Positions 8,271 to 17,740 of a DNA stretch of 64,000 nucleotides are shown here, piece after piece. This DNA is from Bacilli bacterium (GTDB lineage: Bacteria; Bacillota_I; Bacilli_A; RF39; UBA660): positions 3,419-67,418 of the forward strand of contig JAFRCK010000017.1 of NCBI GenBank assembly GCA_017404385.1. The letters are read 5' to 3'. The translations under genes were made by a program, and so were the position numbers. Positions within the stretch are counted from its first letter, which is position 1. Each line of letters opens with the position of its first letter. The notes beneath the pieces were generated by a model. The model had not been told where the DNA came from, ran no database searches, and saw only the letters and a list, made by a program, of their open reading frames with translations.

Positions 8271-10562
8271 ATGGGGAGAGATATTTTTAAATATTATGCA
8301 TTATCTATGTATCAACAAGTTATAAATGAAAAACAAATACAACTAGATTCATATAAAACTTATGATACTAGGGATGATAAAGGAATAATTTTGTTTATTT
8401 CTTATGATATAAAATCAATTGAGATGTCCAATAATGTATTCGTAAATAATGTAAATTATACTGGAAATTTATCGTTTTATTATGATGAAAGTAAAAATTT
8501 TATAACAATAGTAGATTTACCATCTATTAGTTATAATTTTGATACATTTAAAATCTTTTCAGATGATATTTTAAATATTATAAAGAAAATAATTAGTAAG
8601 TATACATCCATTGAAGATGTAAAAATATCAATGAATCCATTTCTTGTTTTTGCATATAGTAATAATGTAAAAAAATATCTTAGAGAAGCTAGTAATATTT
8701 CATTAATTGATAGCATTGTTCGAAAAATGAATATAGTAATTGATAGTTTAAGTAGGAAAATAATAAATGATAAGAAAAAGAGAGATGAAGAATTAGAAAA
8801 ACAACAAAGAATTCTTGAAAAAAGAAAAACTCTTTTTGAATTAAAAAAGGAAGACTTTAAAAGTATTGATGAATATATAAAAACCTTAAACGAAAAGATT
8901 GTAGAGTATGCTAAATCTAATTATAAAAAATATGATAGACACTATCAAATTAATATAAAGAAACTAATGATTATATTTCAAGAAGAATTTGAATTAGCTG
9001 AAAAATTGGAAGAAGCTTTATTTAATCCAGAAGAATACTTCATATGGGAAGATTTATTTGATATGGAAGAATACTTAAAATGGGAAGATGATAGGGAAGA
9101 AGGAATAAAAAAATATAAAGAGATTTTAAATAATGTAAGAAGAATAGTATCTGAGTATGTAGAAGCAATAGGAGATAACTTTAGAAAAATAACTCAAGAT
9201 AGATTTGATGCAATTCTTGAAATCCACCCACATGCGGACCCATATGATCCTGATTTAGATCGTGAGATAATGTTTCAGCACGACTTTAATAAAGCTTTTG
9301 ATGAAGAATGTTCTTATTATCAAAGTCAACTCGAAGATGAGGAAACATATCCTTATATAAAAAAACTTTTTTGTAATAAATATAGAGAGTACGATGATTA
9401 TATTTATTATTTTTTGGATAAATACTTTCCTAAACAGATTAAAATTCTTAATTTAACTATGTTAGTATATCGTTCACAAGAAAAAATGAAAAAATATAAA
9501 GAATATATTGAAAACCCTAATCTTTTTTATGATTTTGGCAGTAAAAGATTATGGAGTGTAATAATGGAATTTCCTTATTTTTTAAGATTAGGTTGTGGAT
9601 ATAATTCAGTTTGGGAACAACGATATATTTATTCATTAATTATAAAGCCAGGAGTAAAAAGAATAGATTATGATAATTTGAGATATTTTTCAAAAAATTC
9701 AAAATATGATTCTTTTGTGGGTTCAATTGAAAGAAAGTGTCTTGGAGAAGTTAAAAAAGATTACTCTTGTGATAAGATTACTATAACTATTCCTAGTTCT
9801 TTGGAACTACATGAAATTGATAAAGTAATTAGTTTTGGATTTAAAAATGCTCGTCATGGTATCAATTATGTATGTGAAAATATAGATATAGCTAATTATG
9901 TTAAAAAAAGAATTGTCTATAAATACTTAAACAAATATACATATGAAGGTAATGTATTTGTAAATGTTGATCCTAAATATTATGATAATTATTTTACAAC
10001 TTTACCAAATAATTCAGATTTCTATCATCAATATGATTATAGTTCTAATTATAGATATAGTCGAAAAGATATAAATAGTTTTAATGTGATTATAGAAGCA
10101 TGTATAAGTTATAATAGATTTAAAAACAATGGTGTTATTAACAGGGAAGAAGTAGAAGAACAATTATTAGGGTCATATGGTGAATTAAAATATGAATCAT
10201 TTAATATTTCACCATATGATGCAATAGCTAGATATTTAAAAAATGAAGGACGAAAAAGTAATATTATATTTCCATTAATTGATCAATATTTAAGTATAGA
10301 TAAAGATATTAATCAATATTTAATAGAAAACGAAATCCCAAGACCAGTTAATTATGATGAATTTGTAAAGTTAAAATATTTGATACTTAAGGATAGATTA
10401 TCGTCAATTGATTATGATAACATAAAGTATCATTGCATAGGAAGAAAAAAAGAGGAATATATAAATAAAGCAATGGAAATTTCATCAAAAAATAGGCAAA
10501 AAAAATATACAAAATATAATGAACAATATATACAAGACTTTTATAAAAATAGTGAATTATAA
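8271..10562 (+). CDS. large hypothetical protein (about 763 aa), Y/D/E/K-rich, no TM, no recognisable domain
   Basis: GGAGG RBS before ATG 8271. Internal imperfect repeat EEYFIWED / EEYLKWED. Confidence 0.55.
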   Translation: MGRDIFKYYALSMYQQVINEKQIQLDSYKTYDTRDDKGIILFISYDIKSIEMSNNVFVNNVNYTGNLSFYYDESKNFITIVDLPSISYNFDTFKIFSDDILNIIKKIISKYTSIEDVKISMNPFLVFAYSNNVKKYLREASNISLIDSIVRKMNIVIDSLSRKIINDKKKRDEELEKQQRILEKRKTLFELKKEDFKSIDEYIKTLNEKIVEYAKSNYKKYDRHYQINIKKLMIIFQEEFELAEKLEEALFNPEEYFIWEDLFDMEEYLKWEDDREEGIKKYKEILNNVRRIVSEYVEAIGDNFRKITQDRFDAILEIHPHADPYDPDLDREIMFQHDFNKAFDEECSYYQSQLEDEETYPYIKKLFCNKYREYDDYIYYFLDKYFPKQIKILNLTMLVYRSQEKMKKYKEYIENPNLFYDFGSKRLWSVIMEFPYFLRLGCGYNSVWEQRYIYSLIIKPGVKRIDYDNLRYFSKNSKYDSFVGSIERKCLGEVKKDYSCDKITITIPSSLELHEIDKVISFGFKNARHGINYVCENIDIANYVKKRIVYKYLNKYTYEGNVFVNVDPKYYDNYFTTLPNNSDFYHQYDYSSNYRYSRKDINSFNVIIEACISYNRFKNNGVINREEVEEQLLGSYGELKYESFNISPYDAIARYLKNEGRKSNIIFPLIDQYLSIDKDINQYLIENEIPRPVNYDEFVKLKYLILKDRLSSIDYDNIKYHCIGRKKEEYINKAMEISSKNRQKKYTKYNEQYIQDFYKNSEL

Positions 10563-10762
10563 TAAAAAAAAATTAAAAGTGAAAGAAATGTATAAATGAC
10601 ACAAGTTGAGATTATTGCAGCTAATCTCAAAAATAATAATAAAAATTCTGTTTAAAGAATAATTAAAAAAATTTGTGTTTATGAAAGAGTAAGTAGTGAA
10701 AGCACTGATTACGAAGAACAATTAACAAGTTATTCTTCACAAATAAAATAGAATTTATATAT

Positions 10763-10790
10763 AATCGAACTAGAAATAGTTCGATTTTTT
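10763..10790 (+). terminator. rho-independent terminator (CGAACTAGAAATAGTTCG hairpin, copy 2)
   Basis: Identical 18-nt hairpin to 7902-7919, followed by T7. About 200 nt after the preceding stop. Confidence 0.55.
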
Positions 10791-10823
10791 TAATATTTAT
10801 GTTATAATTTTCTCGGTGATTAC

Positions 10824-11453
10824 ATGAAAAACAATAGAATAGTAGACATATCACAATTTTATGATGAAAATGTAGGAACAATAAATAGATTAACAATGAA
10901 TAGTTCTATAGAAACTCTTTCAAAGTTTGATAAATTGCTACCGGATGATGATGAAATTTCTTCTGACGATATTGCTACTTCATGGAGATATGGATATTTA
11001 ATGAAATACTTTATGGGTGTAATAGTTACAGATGAATTAGATAAAGATACTACTCAAGATGTTCGTAATTATAATAATATTATAGAGAATATTAGATTTA
11101 GAATGTTTATTATGTTTTTTAGAGAAAACTATAGTAACAATGTTATATATTATGAAGAATTTGTTAAGTTTAGTAGATTATTAAATGAAACTATTATTCA
11201 TGATGAAGATATAGTTAGTGCTGATTTTAAAGATAAAATTATTAGTTCATTAAAAACATATTCTAATGATAATTTAGGAGTAGTTTATAATATTATTCAT
11301 GAACTAAATGGTAAAGAATATAAATTTGATAAGAACAAATTAAAATTAGTTATTGGTAGGGTTAAAACTATGAGTTTAGACTCTTTTGGTGAAGAAGTTG
11401 ATAAAATAGAATCTAGAAAAAATATTTTGGAATTAATAAAAAAAGAAGATTAA
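10824..11453 (+). CDS. hypothetical protein (209 aa)
   Basis: Extended -10 TGtTATAAT about 20 nt upstream, GGTGA RBS. No motif recognised. Confidence 0.5.
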   Translation: MKNNRIVDISQFYDENVGTINRLTMNSSIETLSKFDKLLPDDDEISSDDIATSWRYGYLMKYFMGVIVTDELDKDTTQDVRNYNNIIENIRFRMFIMFFRENYSNNVIYYEEFVKFSRLLNETIIHDEDIVSADFKDKIISSLKTYSNDNLGVVYNIIHELNGKEYKFDKNKLKLVIGRVKTMSLDSFGEEVDKIESRKNILELIKKED

Positions 11454-11512
11454 TGATATAATCTTTTTTTATGTTATAATTAAATTGTTAGTATAGTGAA
11501 GGAGTGAATATT

Positions 11513-11947
11513 ATGAAAAAGAAAATGCTATTAGGATTATTAGTCACTATTCCATTTTTAACTGCATGTGGAAGTAATGGTGGTAGTGGTAATGTTATGA
11601 GATGCTCAGATTATTCAGGAGCTGAAATGAGTGGTTACGCATTCAAGTTTGATGGTGATAAACTATCAAAGATGGGAATGTTTGAAGGTATTGATTTAAA
11701 TAAAGTCAGTAAAGAAGATGGATGTACTGATAAATCAAGTTGTACTAAATTAGCTGAAACTGCATTACCAGAGTGTGAAAATGATGAGTATATGGAAAGT
11801 TGTAATATTGAATCTGATGATGATACAGTAATAATAGTAGGTTATTATAATGAAAAAGGAATGAAATCTGAAAGAAATTATAGTGTAGGTATGTCTAAAT
11901 CAGAAGTTAAAAAACAAGCTGAATCAGAAGGATTTACTTGTAGATAA
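11513..11947 (+). CDS. Cys-rich lipoprotein (144 aa)
   Basis: Signal peptide with lipobox LTAC. Eight further cysteines in the mature part. GGAG RBS. Terminator TGAACTattAGTTCA+T at about 11949-11975. Confidence 0.55.
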   Translation: MKKKMLLGLLVTIPFLTACGSNGGSGNVMRCSDYSGAEMSGYAFKFDGDKLSKMGMFEGIDLNKVSKEDGCTDKSSCTKLAETALPECENDEYMESCNIESDDDTVIIVGYYNEKGMKSERNYSVGMSKSEVKKQAESEGFTCR

Positions 11948-12022
11948 ATGAACTATTAGTTCATTTTTTTCTTGCTTTAAATTATTATTAGTATATAATA
12001 GTTTGCTATAGGTGGTGATATT

Positions 12023-12676
12023 ATGTCAAAAGAAGAAAATGTATTTAATTATTATCTTTTATGTAATAAATTAAAAGATGTTGTAAGAACAGGTTGGAAA
12101 GATTGGAATGTTAAAAGAGAAAGAGTAGAAAGCATTGCGGAACATATTTTTGGAGTTCAAATGCTTGCGATTGCGATGAAATCAGAATATCAATATAATA
12201 TAGATATTAAGAAAGTAATATTTATGCTTGCTATTCATGAACTAGGAGAAACTATTATAGGTGATTTGACACAATTTCAAATAACAAAAGAAGAAAAAGA
12301 AAAAATAGAACATGAAGCTGTTCATAATATTTTATCTTCATTAATAGATGGTGAAAAAATAGAAGAATTATTTTTAGAATTTGATGCTCATGAGACACCT
12401 GAAGCTTTATTTGCGTATCAGTGTGATAAATTAGAATGTGATATACAATGTAAATTATATGATCACGAGGGATGTGTAGATCTTAATCATCAAGAAAATA
12501 ATTCAACAGCATCTAATAAAGAAGTAAAGGAATTGTTAGATAGTGGTAAGTCATGGTCAGATATGTGGATGGAGTTTGGTCAAAAAAGATATCCATATGA
12601 TAATAATTTTATGTCAGTGTCTGAATATGTAAAAGGAATAAAGAAAATTAAAAAACTAAAACTAGAAAATAACTAA
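12023..12676 (+). CDS. HD-domain phosphohydrolase (YfbR-like 5'-deoxynucleotidase family)
   Basis: H...HD metal-binding pattern (IAEHIFGV ... AIHELGETIIGD). Confidence 0.55.
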   Translation: MSKEENVFNYYLLCNKLKDVVRTGWKDWNVKRERVESIAEHIFGVQMLAIAMKSEYQYNIDIKKVIFMLAIHELGETIIGDLTQFQITKEEKEKIEHEAVHNILSSLIDGEKIEELFLEFDAHETPEALFAYQCDKLECDIQCKLYDHEGCVDLNHQENNSTASNKEVKELLDSGKSWSDMWMEFGQKRYPYDNNFMSVSEYVKGIKKIKKLKLENN

Positions 12677-12702
12677 TATGTTATAATTTAAGAGGTGATA
12701 AC

Positions 12703-13392
12703 GTGAAAATAGGAATATTATTTGCGATGAAGGAAGAGTTAGATGCACTTCTTTCTAAAATAGAATTAAAGAATAGTTATGAAATATTTGATTTAAAATT
12801 TTATGAATGTGAATTAAATAATATAAATTGTACTTTGGTAGAATGTGGTATAGGTAAAGTAAATGCAGCAAGAAGTACTCAAATACTTATAGATAATATG
12901 AAAGTAGATTATATTATAAATGTAGGTGTTGCGGGTGGTATATCAAAAGATTTAGATGTATGTGATATTGTAATAGGTGAAAAACTAGTTCAACATGATT
13001 TTGATTTAACAGGATTTAATCATGAAAAAGGATATATACCAAATGTAGGTAAATATATAGATGCAGATGAATACTTAGTAAAAATTGCTATGGATAATAG
13101 TGAAGGATTAAACATTCATAAAGGCATAATTGCTTCAGGTGATATATTTGTAACAGAAGAAAAAATGAGTGATAAAATTAATACTAAATTTAATGCTCTA
13201 TGTGTAGAAATGGAAGGAGCTAGTATAGCTCAAGTTTGTTATTTATCACATATACCATTCTTAGTTATAAGATCTATATCTGATTCACCTAAAAAAGGTA
13301 ATAATAAAATGACTTATGATGAATTTGTTATAAAAAGTTCTGATATAGTATCTAAATATGTTTTAAAAATATTAATGTCATTAAACAATTAA
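12703..13392 (+). CDS. mtnN: 5'-methylthioadenosine/S-adenosylhomocysteine nucleosidase
   Basis: MKIGILFAMKEE..., GIGKVNAA, VGVAGG, MEGASIAQV motifs. GTG start with AGAGGTGA RBS. Extended -10 at 12679-12687. Confidence 0.8.
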   Translation: MKIGILFAMKEELDALLSKIELKNSYEIFDLKFYECELNNINCTLVECGIGKVNAARSTQILIDNMKVDYIINVGVAGGISKDLDVCDIVIGEKLVQHDFDLTGFNHEKGYIPNVGKYIDADEYLVKIAMDNSEGLNIHKGIIASGDIFVTEEKMSDKINTKFNALCVEMEGASIAQVCYLSHIPFLVIRSISDSPKKGNNKMTYDEFVIKSSDIVSKYVLKILMSLNN

Positions 13393-13405
13393 TGACATTT
13401 TTTTT
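13376..13405 (+). terminator. rho-independent terminator
   Basis: TGTCATTAA acaa TTAATGACA + T8, overlapping mtnN stop. Confidence 0.55.
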
Positions 13406-13442
13406 GTAAGGAAAATGCAAATATTTATTTTTTTTCTTTAAA

Positions 13443-13685
13443 ATGCCAGAAGAAGAAAAGCCAGCTAATAATTTATTAGGAACAAGTGATGATACAGAAG
13501 AATCATATAATCCACTTATTTCTTATAAAAATATGGATATGAATTTAATATCAAATAAAACTGATAATAAAAAATGTGATTCAAATCTAGCTATGATAAT
13601 AGGTCTTGGAATATCATCTATTCTAGTAGGATTATTTACATTTATATTTGTTAGAAAAAAAAGAAAATTAAAAAAGGCTAATTAA
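13443..13685 (+). CDS. small ORF ending in hydrophobic segment + KKRKLKK tail (possible remnant of a surface-protein C-terminus)
   Basis: No SD, no signal peptide. C-terminal TM + basic tail resembles a cell-wall sorting signal lacking the motif. Confidence 0.25.
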   Translation: MPEEEKPANNLLGTSDDTEESYNPLISYKNMDMNLISNKTDNKKCDSNLAMIIGLGISSILVGLFTFIFVRKKRKLKKAN

Positions 13686-13711
13686 AGTACATTATATAAT
13701 GTACTTTTTTA
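13686..13711 (+). terminator. rho-independent terminator
   Basis: Palindrome AGTACATTATATAATGTACT + T6. Confidence 0.55.
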
Positions 13712-13747
13712 ACTTATAAGTGGTATAATTATATAAGAGGTGAAACT

Positions 13748-15082
13748 ATGTTTGAAAATAAAAAAATATTCATTCTAGGTATGGCTAGAAGTGGATATGA
13801 AGCAGCTAAATTACTTAGTAATTACAACAATGATATATTAATAACTGATATGAGCGAGCAAGATAAAAAGCAAGTTTCAGAGTTAGAAGAAAAAAATATA
13901 AAAATAGTTATTACGGATAATCCAGTTGATTTATTAGATGAAAGTTATGATTATGTAATAAAGAATCCTGGGATTAAATATGATCATCCATTACTTATAA
14001 AAGCAAAAAAATTAAATATAAAAATAATAAATGAAATAGAAATGGCTTATTCATTTTTAAATAAAGATATAAATATTATAGGTGTTACTGGTAGTAATGG
14101 TAAAACAACTACAGTAAATTTAATTTATAAATTTTTATGTGAAGAAAAGGATAATGTTATATTAGGTGGTAATATAGGTACACCACTTTCACATTATGCA
14201 CTAAATATAAAAGAAGGAAGTTATTTAGTACTTGAAATTAGTGATCATCAATTACTTGATATGTATGATTTTAAAACTAATGTATCAGTTCTTACTAATA
14301 TAACTCCAACACATTTAGATTTCCATCCGTCTTATGAAGTCTATAAAAATACTAAAAAGAAAATATTTAATAACCATACTAAAAAAGATATTGCTATTAT
14401 AAATAGTGATGATCCTGAAAGTATGAATGTAACTAGTGATATACCTAGTACTAAATATTATTATGGTAATAGTAATAATGATAAAGCGCATTATGACAAT
14501 CAAGCAATTTATTATGAAAATAAAAAAATAATTGATTTAAAAGATATTGTTTTAAAAGGAAGACATAATTATCAAAATATATGCGCAGCTATTATCGCTA
14601 GTAAGATTTATGGTGTTACCGATAAAGCAATTGTTAACGTATTAAAATCTTTTAGTGGTGTTGAACATAGACTAGAGTATGTTACTACTTATAATGGAAT
14701 TAAATTTTATAATGATTCTAAAGCTACTAATTGTGTTTCAACTAACATTGCTTTAAAATCATTTAATGAACCAACTATACTGTTATTAGGTGGTACAGAT
14801 AGAGGACATTCTTTTTATGATTTAGATGAATCTATATCTAATGTTAAATGTATTATGGCATATGGAGAAACTAAGGATAGGATAGAAGATTATGCTAAAG
14901 ATAAGGGCATTACTTGTTATAAGAATAATACATTAAAAGAAAGTATGATGAAAGTTAAAGAAGTAATGGAAAAAGGAGATGTTGTCCTTCTTTCTCCAGC
15001 ATGTGCTTCTTGGGATCAATATAATAAATTTGAAGATAGAGGTAATGAATTTAAAGAGTTAGTAAAGGAGATTACAAAATGA
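13748..15082 (+). CDS. murD: UDP-N-acetylmuramoylalanine--D-glutamate ligase
   Basis: GVTGSNGKTTT P-loop, Mur ligase architecture, 444 aa. TGgTATAAT promoter at 13721-13729. Confidence 0.85.
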   Translation: MFENKKIFILGMARSGYEAAKLLSNYNNDILITDMSEQDKKQVSELEEKNIKIVITDNPVDLLDESYDYVIKNPGIKYDHPLLIKAKKLNIKIINEIEMAYSFLNKDINIIGVTGSNGKTTTVNLIYKFLCEEKDNVILGGNIGTPLSHYALNIKEGSYLVLEISDHQLLDMYDFKTNVSVLTNITPTHLDFHPSYEVYKNTKKKIFNNHTKKDIAIINSDDPESMNVTSDIPSTKYYYGNSNNDKAHYDNQAIYYENKKIIDLKDIVLKGRHNYQNICAAIIASKIYGVTDKAIVNVLKSFSGVEHRLEYVTTYNGIKFYNDSKATNCVSTNIALKSFNEPTILLLGGTDRGHSFYDLDESISNVKCIMAYGETKDRIEDYAKDKGITCYKNNTLKESMMKVKEVMEKGDVVLLSPACASWDQYNKFEDRGNEFKELVKEITK

Positions 15083-16443
15083 GTAAAAAACATGTTTATA
15101 TGATTGGTATAGGTGGAATAAGTATGAGCGGAATAGCAGAAATACTTGTTAATTATGGCTATACTGTAAGTGGTTCTGATATGACTGAAAATGAAATGGT
15201 AAGGCATCTTGAAGAAGAAGGTATAAAAGTAAATATTGGTCAAGTTAGTGAAAATATAACAAATGATATAGATTTAGTTGTTTATACAGCTGCTATTAAA
15301 GATACTAACCCTGAACTAGTAAAAGCTAGAGAGTTAGGAATCGAATGCGTAGAAAGAGGTAAATTCTTAGGAGAATTAACTGAAAATTTTAAAGATTGCA
15401 TTGGAGTTGCTGGTACTCATGGAAAGACAACAACATCATCAATGGTTTCATGCGTATTTGTAGAAGCAGGTGTTGATCCATCAATTCAAATAGGAGCTAA
15501 TCTAACACAAATAGGTGGTAACTATAGAGTAGGTAAAAGTGATTACTTTATAATTGAAGCATGTGAATATATGGATAGTTTTCAAAACTTTAAACAAAGA
15601 AGTGCAATTATTACTAATATAGATAATGATCATTTAGATTATTTTAAAAATATAGATAATATTTCTAAATCATTTGAAAAATATGTATCTCATCTACCAG
15701 AAAATGGACTATTAGTTCTTAATATGGATAATGAAAGATGTTATGATTTAAGAAACTATACTAAAGCAAGTGTTATTACAGTTAGTGAAAATAATAAAGA
15801 AGCTGATTATAATGTTAAAAATATAGAATATGATGATAGAGGTTGTCCGTCTTATGACATTTACAAAAAAGATGAATTTGTTATAAGAGTTAAATTAAAT
15901 GTAAGAGGAGAACATAATATATTAAATTCACTTGAAGCCTTTGCATTATGTTCTTGGTATGGAATTGATAATGAAACAATTGTTAAAGGATTATCAAGTT
16001 TTACAGGAGCTAGTAGAAGAATGGAATATAAGGGTCAGTTTAATGGTGCAAATGTATATGATGATTATGGGCACCATCCTACAGAAATAGAGGCTACAGC
16101 GAATGCTATATTAAAAGAAAAACATAATGAAAGTTATGCAGTATTTGAAGCACATACATATAGTAGATTTTACGAACATGTTAATAGTTTTGCTAAATCT
16201 CTAACTAAATTTGATCATATAATAGTAATTGATATATACGCAGCTAGAGAAGAAAATATATATGGTGTTAAACCGGAAGACTTAGTTGATAAACTAGTTA
16301 AATTAGGTAAGGATGCTATTTATATAAGTGATTATGATGAAATAAAAAAATATTTAAAAGAAAGAGTAAAAGAGGGAGACTTAATTATAACATTAGGTGC
16401 AGGTAATGTTACTAAAGTAGCCTCTAAACTTGTGGAGGATTAA
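15079..16443 (+). CDS. murC: UDP-N-acetylmuramate--L-alanine ligase
   Basis: N-terminal IGIGGISMSGIAEIL, GVAGTHGKTTTSSM P-loop. ATGA overlap with murD. Confidence 0.85.
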   Translation: MSKKHVYMIGIGGISMSGIAEILVNYGYTVSGSDMTENEMVRHLEEEGIKVNIGQVSENITNDIDLVVYTAAIKDTNPELVKARELGIECVERGKFLGELTENFKDCIGVAGTHGKTTTSSMVSCVFVEAGVDPSIQIGANLTQIGGNYRVGKSDYFIIEACEYMDSFQNFKQRSAIITNIDNDHLDYFKNIDNISKSFEKYVSHLPENGLLVLNMDNERCYDLRNYTKASVITVSENNKEADYNVKNIEYDDRGCPSYDIYKKDEFVIRVKLNVRGEHNILNSLEAFALCSWYGIDNETIVKGLSSFTGASRRMEYKGQFNGANVYDDYGHHPTEIEATANAILKEKHNESYAVFEAHTYSRFYEHVNSFAKSLTKFDHIIVIDIYAAREENIYGVKPEDLVDKLVKLGKDAIYISDYDEIKKYLKERVKEGDLIITLGAGNVTKVASKLVED

Positions 16444-16444
16444 T

Positions 16445-17308
16445 ATGAAAAAATTATTTGGTGGAATAAATTTAACATGGAAAAAACTAATTGTTTTTTC
16501 CATACTTATAGCTATATATGTTGCAGTTATGATGATAATACCTATAACAAAAGATACTTCTTTTAGAGATATAGGAACTACATTTGAATGGTGGATATTA
16601 TTTGGAGTATTAATAATAGTAAATAGTAAATCTCCAGTAGATTCGATGTTAAAATGTTTTGTATTTTTCTTAATAAGTCAACCACTTATTTACTTATTAC
16701 AGGTACCATTTTATGATCAAGGATTTAAAATATTTGTTTATTATCCATATTGGTTTAAATGGACACTTGCAACAATACCTATGGGATTCATTGGTTATTA
16801 TATTAAAAGAAAAGATATTATTAGTGTATTAATACTATTACCTGCATTAGGTTTATTAGCATATCAAGGTATAGGTTTTTTATCAGCAACATTAGATAGT
16901 TTCCCATCTCATTTATTATCTACAATATTCTGTTTTGCATCAATTATATTTATAGCAATTGGAGTATTTGATAAGTGGTTATATAGATTAATTACAATAG
17001 GAATAATTGCAGTGAGTTCAGTTGGATTCTTAGTATATGAAGGTGCTTTTGATAAAAACTTTGAACAAGTATATCAATTAAATCAATACGATATTCAACT
17101 TACTGAAAAAGCTGAAGTAACAAGTTTTAGTGGTTCAACTAATGGTAGTGCTGAAATAGTAAGTAGAGAATATAATACAATTAAAATATCAGGTAAAGGC
17201 AATAATACTTATAATTTTACTATAGATGATGGTAATGGTAATAGTTATGATTTTAAATATTACTTTGATTCAAACACAAAAGAGATAAAATTAGAGTTAG
17301 TTAAATAA
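16445..17308 (+). CDS. polytopic membrane protein with C-terminal soluble domain, unknown function
   Basis: GGAGG RBS before ATG 16445. 6-7 TM helices then about 90-aa hydrophilic tail. Terminator 17316-17353 (12-bp perfect stem). Confidence 0.5.
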   Translation: MKKLFGGINLTWKKLIVFSILIAIYVAVMMIIPITKDTSFRDIGTTFEWWILFGVLIIVNSKSPVDSMLKCFVFFLISQPLIYLLQVPFYDQGFKIFVYYPYWFKWTLATIPMGFIGYYIKRKDIISVLILLPALGLLAYQGIGFLSATLDSFPSHLLSTIFCFASIIFIAIGVFDKWLYRLITIGIIAVSSVGFLVYEGAFDKNFEQVYQLNQYDIQLTEKAEVTSFSGSTNGSAEIVSREYNTIKISGKGNNTYNFTIDDGNGNSYDFKYYFDSNTKEIKLELVK

Positions 17309-17381
17309 AACATGTAAATAGAATATAGAAATATATTCTATTTCTTTTTTTTATGTTATAATGATACTAGGAGGGTAATAT

Positions 17382-17738
17382 ATGAATGTAGAGATATTAA
17401 CTAAAAATAAAATAGATGTAAACCATGGATTAGAGTTACTAGGTGATATGGATTTTTATAATGAAACTCTAGGTACTTTCTATGATAATATAGAAAAAAA
17501 TTTAAAAGATTTAAAGAAATTTAAAGAAAGTGATGATTTTGAAAACTATGGAATCTTATCACATTCAATTAAATCTGATTCTAAATATTTAGGATTTATG
17601 GATCTTGCTGAAATTGCCTTAAGTCACGAAATGGCTGGTAAAGGATCAGATAAAAAATTTATAGAGGAAAATTATGATTCTTTTGTAGAAGAAATAAATA
17701 GAATTGTAAGTGTAGTTAAGGAGTATTTAGGGAGGTAA
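17382..17738 (+). CDS. histidine phosphotransfer (HPt) domain protein
   Basis: HSIKSDSKYLGFMDLAEIALSHE matches the HPt H-x-x-K-G/S-x-S-x-x-L-G consensus. 118 aa. TGtTATAAT promoter 17354-17362. Confidence 0.55.
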   Translation: MNVEILTKNKIDVNHGLELLGDMDFYNETLGTFYDNIEKNLKDLKKFKESDDFENYGILSHSIKSDSKYLGFMDLAEIALSHEMAGKGSDKKFIEENYDSFVEEINRIVSVVKEYLGR

Positions 17739-17740
17739 TT

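Noticed and set aside
8531-8716. Minus-strand ORFs of 60-150 aa lying entirely inside + strand genes (8531-8716, 14315-14503, 15016-15243, 19253-19561, 19561-19899, 20037-20474, 22778-23218, 26874-27068, 27421-27675, 28240-28545, 28882-29070, 30106-30339, 32216-32434, 34433-34657, 35939-36172, 42485-42796, 45777-46173, 47997-48401, 48704-49012, 51240-51425, 56954-57166, 59255-59455, 60288-60500, 61623-61874) and + strand 56530-56730
   Set aside because: They are antisense to or nested in well-supported genes. They are I/L/F/S-rich as expected from reading an AT-rich sequence in the wrong frame. They have no RBS. None carries a recognisable motif.
10663-10896. Minus-strand 77-aa ORF spanning the 10.6-10.9 kb intergenic region
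   Set aside because: It overlaps the terminator, promoter and start of the + strand 209-aa gene. It has no RBS and low-complexity composition. The region is better explained as a non-coding spacer.
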